DNA of 64,000 bases from Malacoraja senta (Eukaryota): positions 682,001 to 746,000 of the forward strand of contig JAXLNO010000146.1 in assembly GCA_038087875.1 (NCBI GenBank), in the 5' to 3' direction. Under the pieces are notes generated by a model. That model did no database searches. It worked only from the letters and a program-made list of their open reading frames with translations, and was not told the DNA's origin. Below, one piece after another: positions 63,237-64,000 of the stretch. Position 1 is the stretch's first letter. Every line of letters begins with the position of its first letter. The position numbers and the translations under genes were made by a program.

Positions 63237-64000
63237 GCTGAGTCAGCGTACAGTAAATGAGCTTGTCGATAATTTCAATGTGAAAATTACAAATATTATT
63301 GATGCCATTGCACCCACTAAGGTGAAAGTGGTCCCTGGCAAAAAGAAGTCTCCATGGAGAAACGCTACATTGGTAAAAATTGAAAAAAGAGAGTGTCGGA
63401 AGCTGTACGTAGGTGGCGGAAAACAAATCTCCAGGTTCACTTTTACATCTATAAAGAAAGACTTTGCATCTGCAACTTGGAACTGAGAAATGCAAGGCAA
63501 TCCTTCTTCTCTGACATCATTGCCAAAAACAATAATAATGCACGGGCGTTGTTTACTACTGTCGACAGGCTAACAAACCCTCCTGTGTCAGTAGCCCCTG
63601 AAATGCTTTCCACAAGGGCCTGTAATGAATTTGCCTCCTTCTTCACAGACAAAATTCAGAAAATTAGGCAAGCAGTCAGTGCCTCCACATCAGGTGCAGG
63701 ACATGTGTTGTCCATGTGTCCACTTATAATCAATTCAAATACCATGACACAATTTCATGTTATTAACCATAAAACCTTGGAGGACATTATACAACATTTG
63801 AAATCCTCCTCCTGCTGCCTCGATATTCTACCAACAGGCCTTTTCAAAGGTGTATCAAACTGCATGACCTCAGACCTTCTACAGATTGTAAACACGTCCC
63901 TTCTCTCAGGTGTCTTCCCACAGGCCCTGAAAACTGCTGTTATCAAGCCTCTCTTAAAAAAGAAGAACTTAGACACTTCACTACTGAACAAATACAGACC
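63237..64000 (+). mobile_element. L2-clade LINE ORF2 fragment continuing past the window end
   Basis: Reads DAIAPTKVKVVPGKKKSPW, CNEFASFFTDKI, SSCCLDILPT and GVFPQALKTAVIKPLLKK.NLD...NKYRP. Confidence 0.88.

Overview
Eukaryotic, transposon-saturated vertebrate DNA. The repeat content (CR1 with TTCTATGT tails, tRNA-derived SINEs, abundant Penelope ends) suggests a cartilaginous fish, probably a skate or ray; this is inference. The only host gene I can support is a minus-strand TRIM-family gene with a B30.2/PRY-SPRY domain. Five exons with canonical GT-AG borders were read directly: 24691-24786 (96 nt), 17634-17859 (226 nt, frameshifted), 13634-13656 (23 nt), 11574-11689 (116 nt) and 9215-9744 (PRY-SPRY). 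A polyA signal lies at 8807-8812. The RING/B-box exon was not found and probably lies to the right of the window. The introns and flanks hold nested mobile elements. These are a DIRS tyrosine-recombinase retrotransposon with readable ITR/ICR circle junction, a Helitron>Rex1/Babar>L2 nest, a full-length Penelope element with pseudo-LTRs, a 12-bp TSD and hammerhead motifs, two full-length L1s plus three L1 fragments, CR1, Rex1, L2 and Tx1 pieces, a hAT MITE and a GT-based minisatellite. The most notable observations are a ~1 kb target-site-like duplication around a nearly intact L1, a conserved hairpin plus splice-signal cassette just upstream of ORF2 in two divergent L1 families, and the frameshifted but otherwise intact TRIM gene. 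No database searches or folding programs were run.
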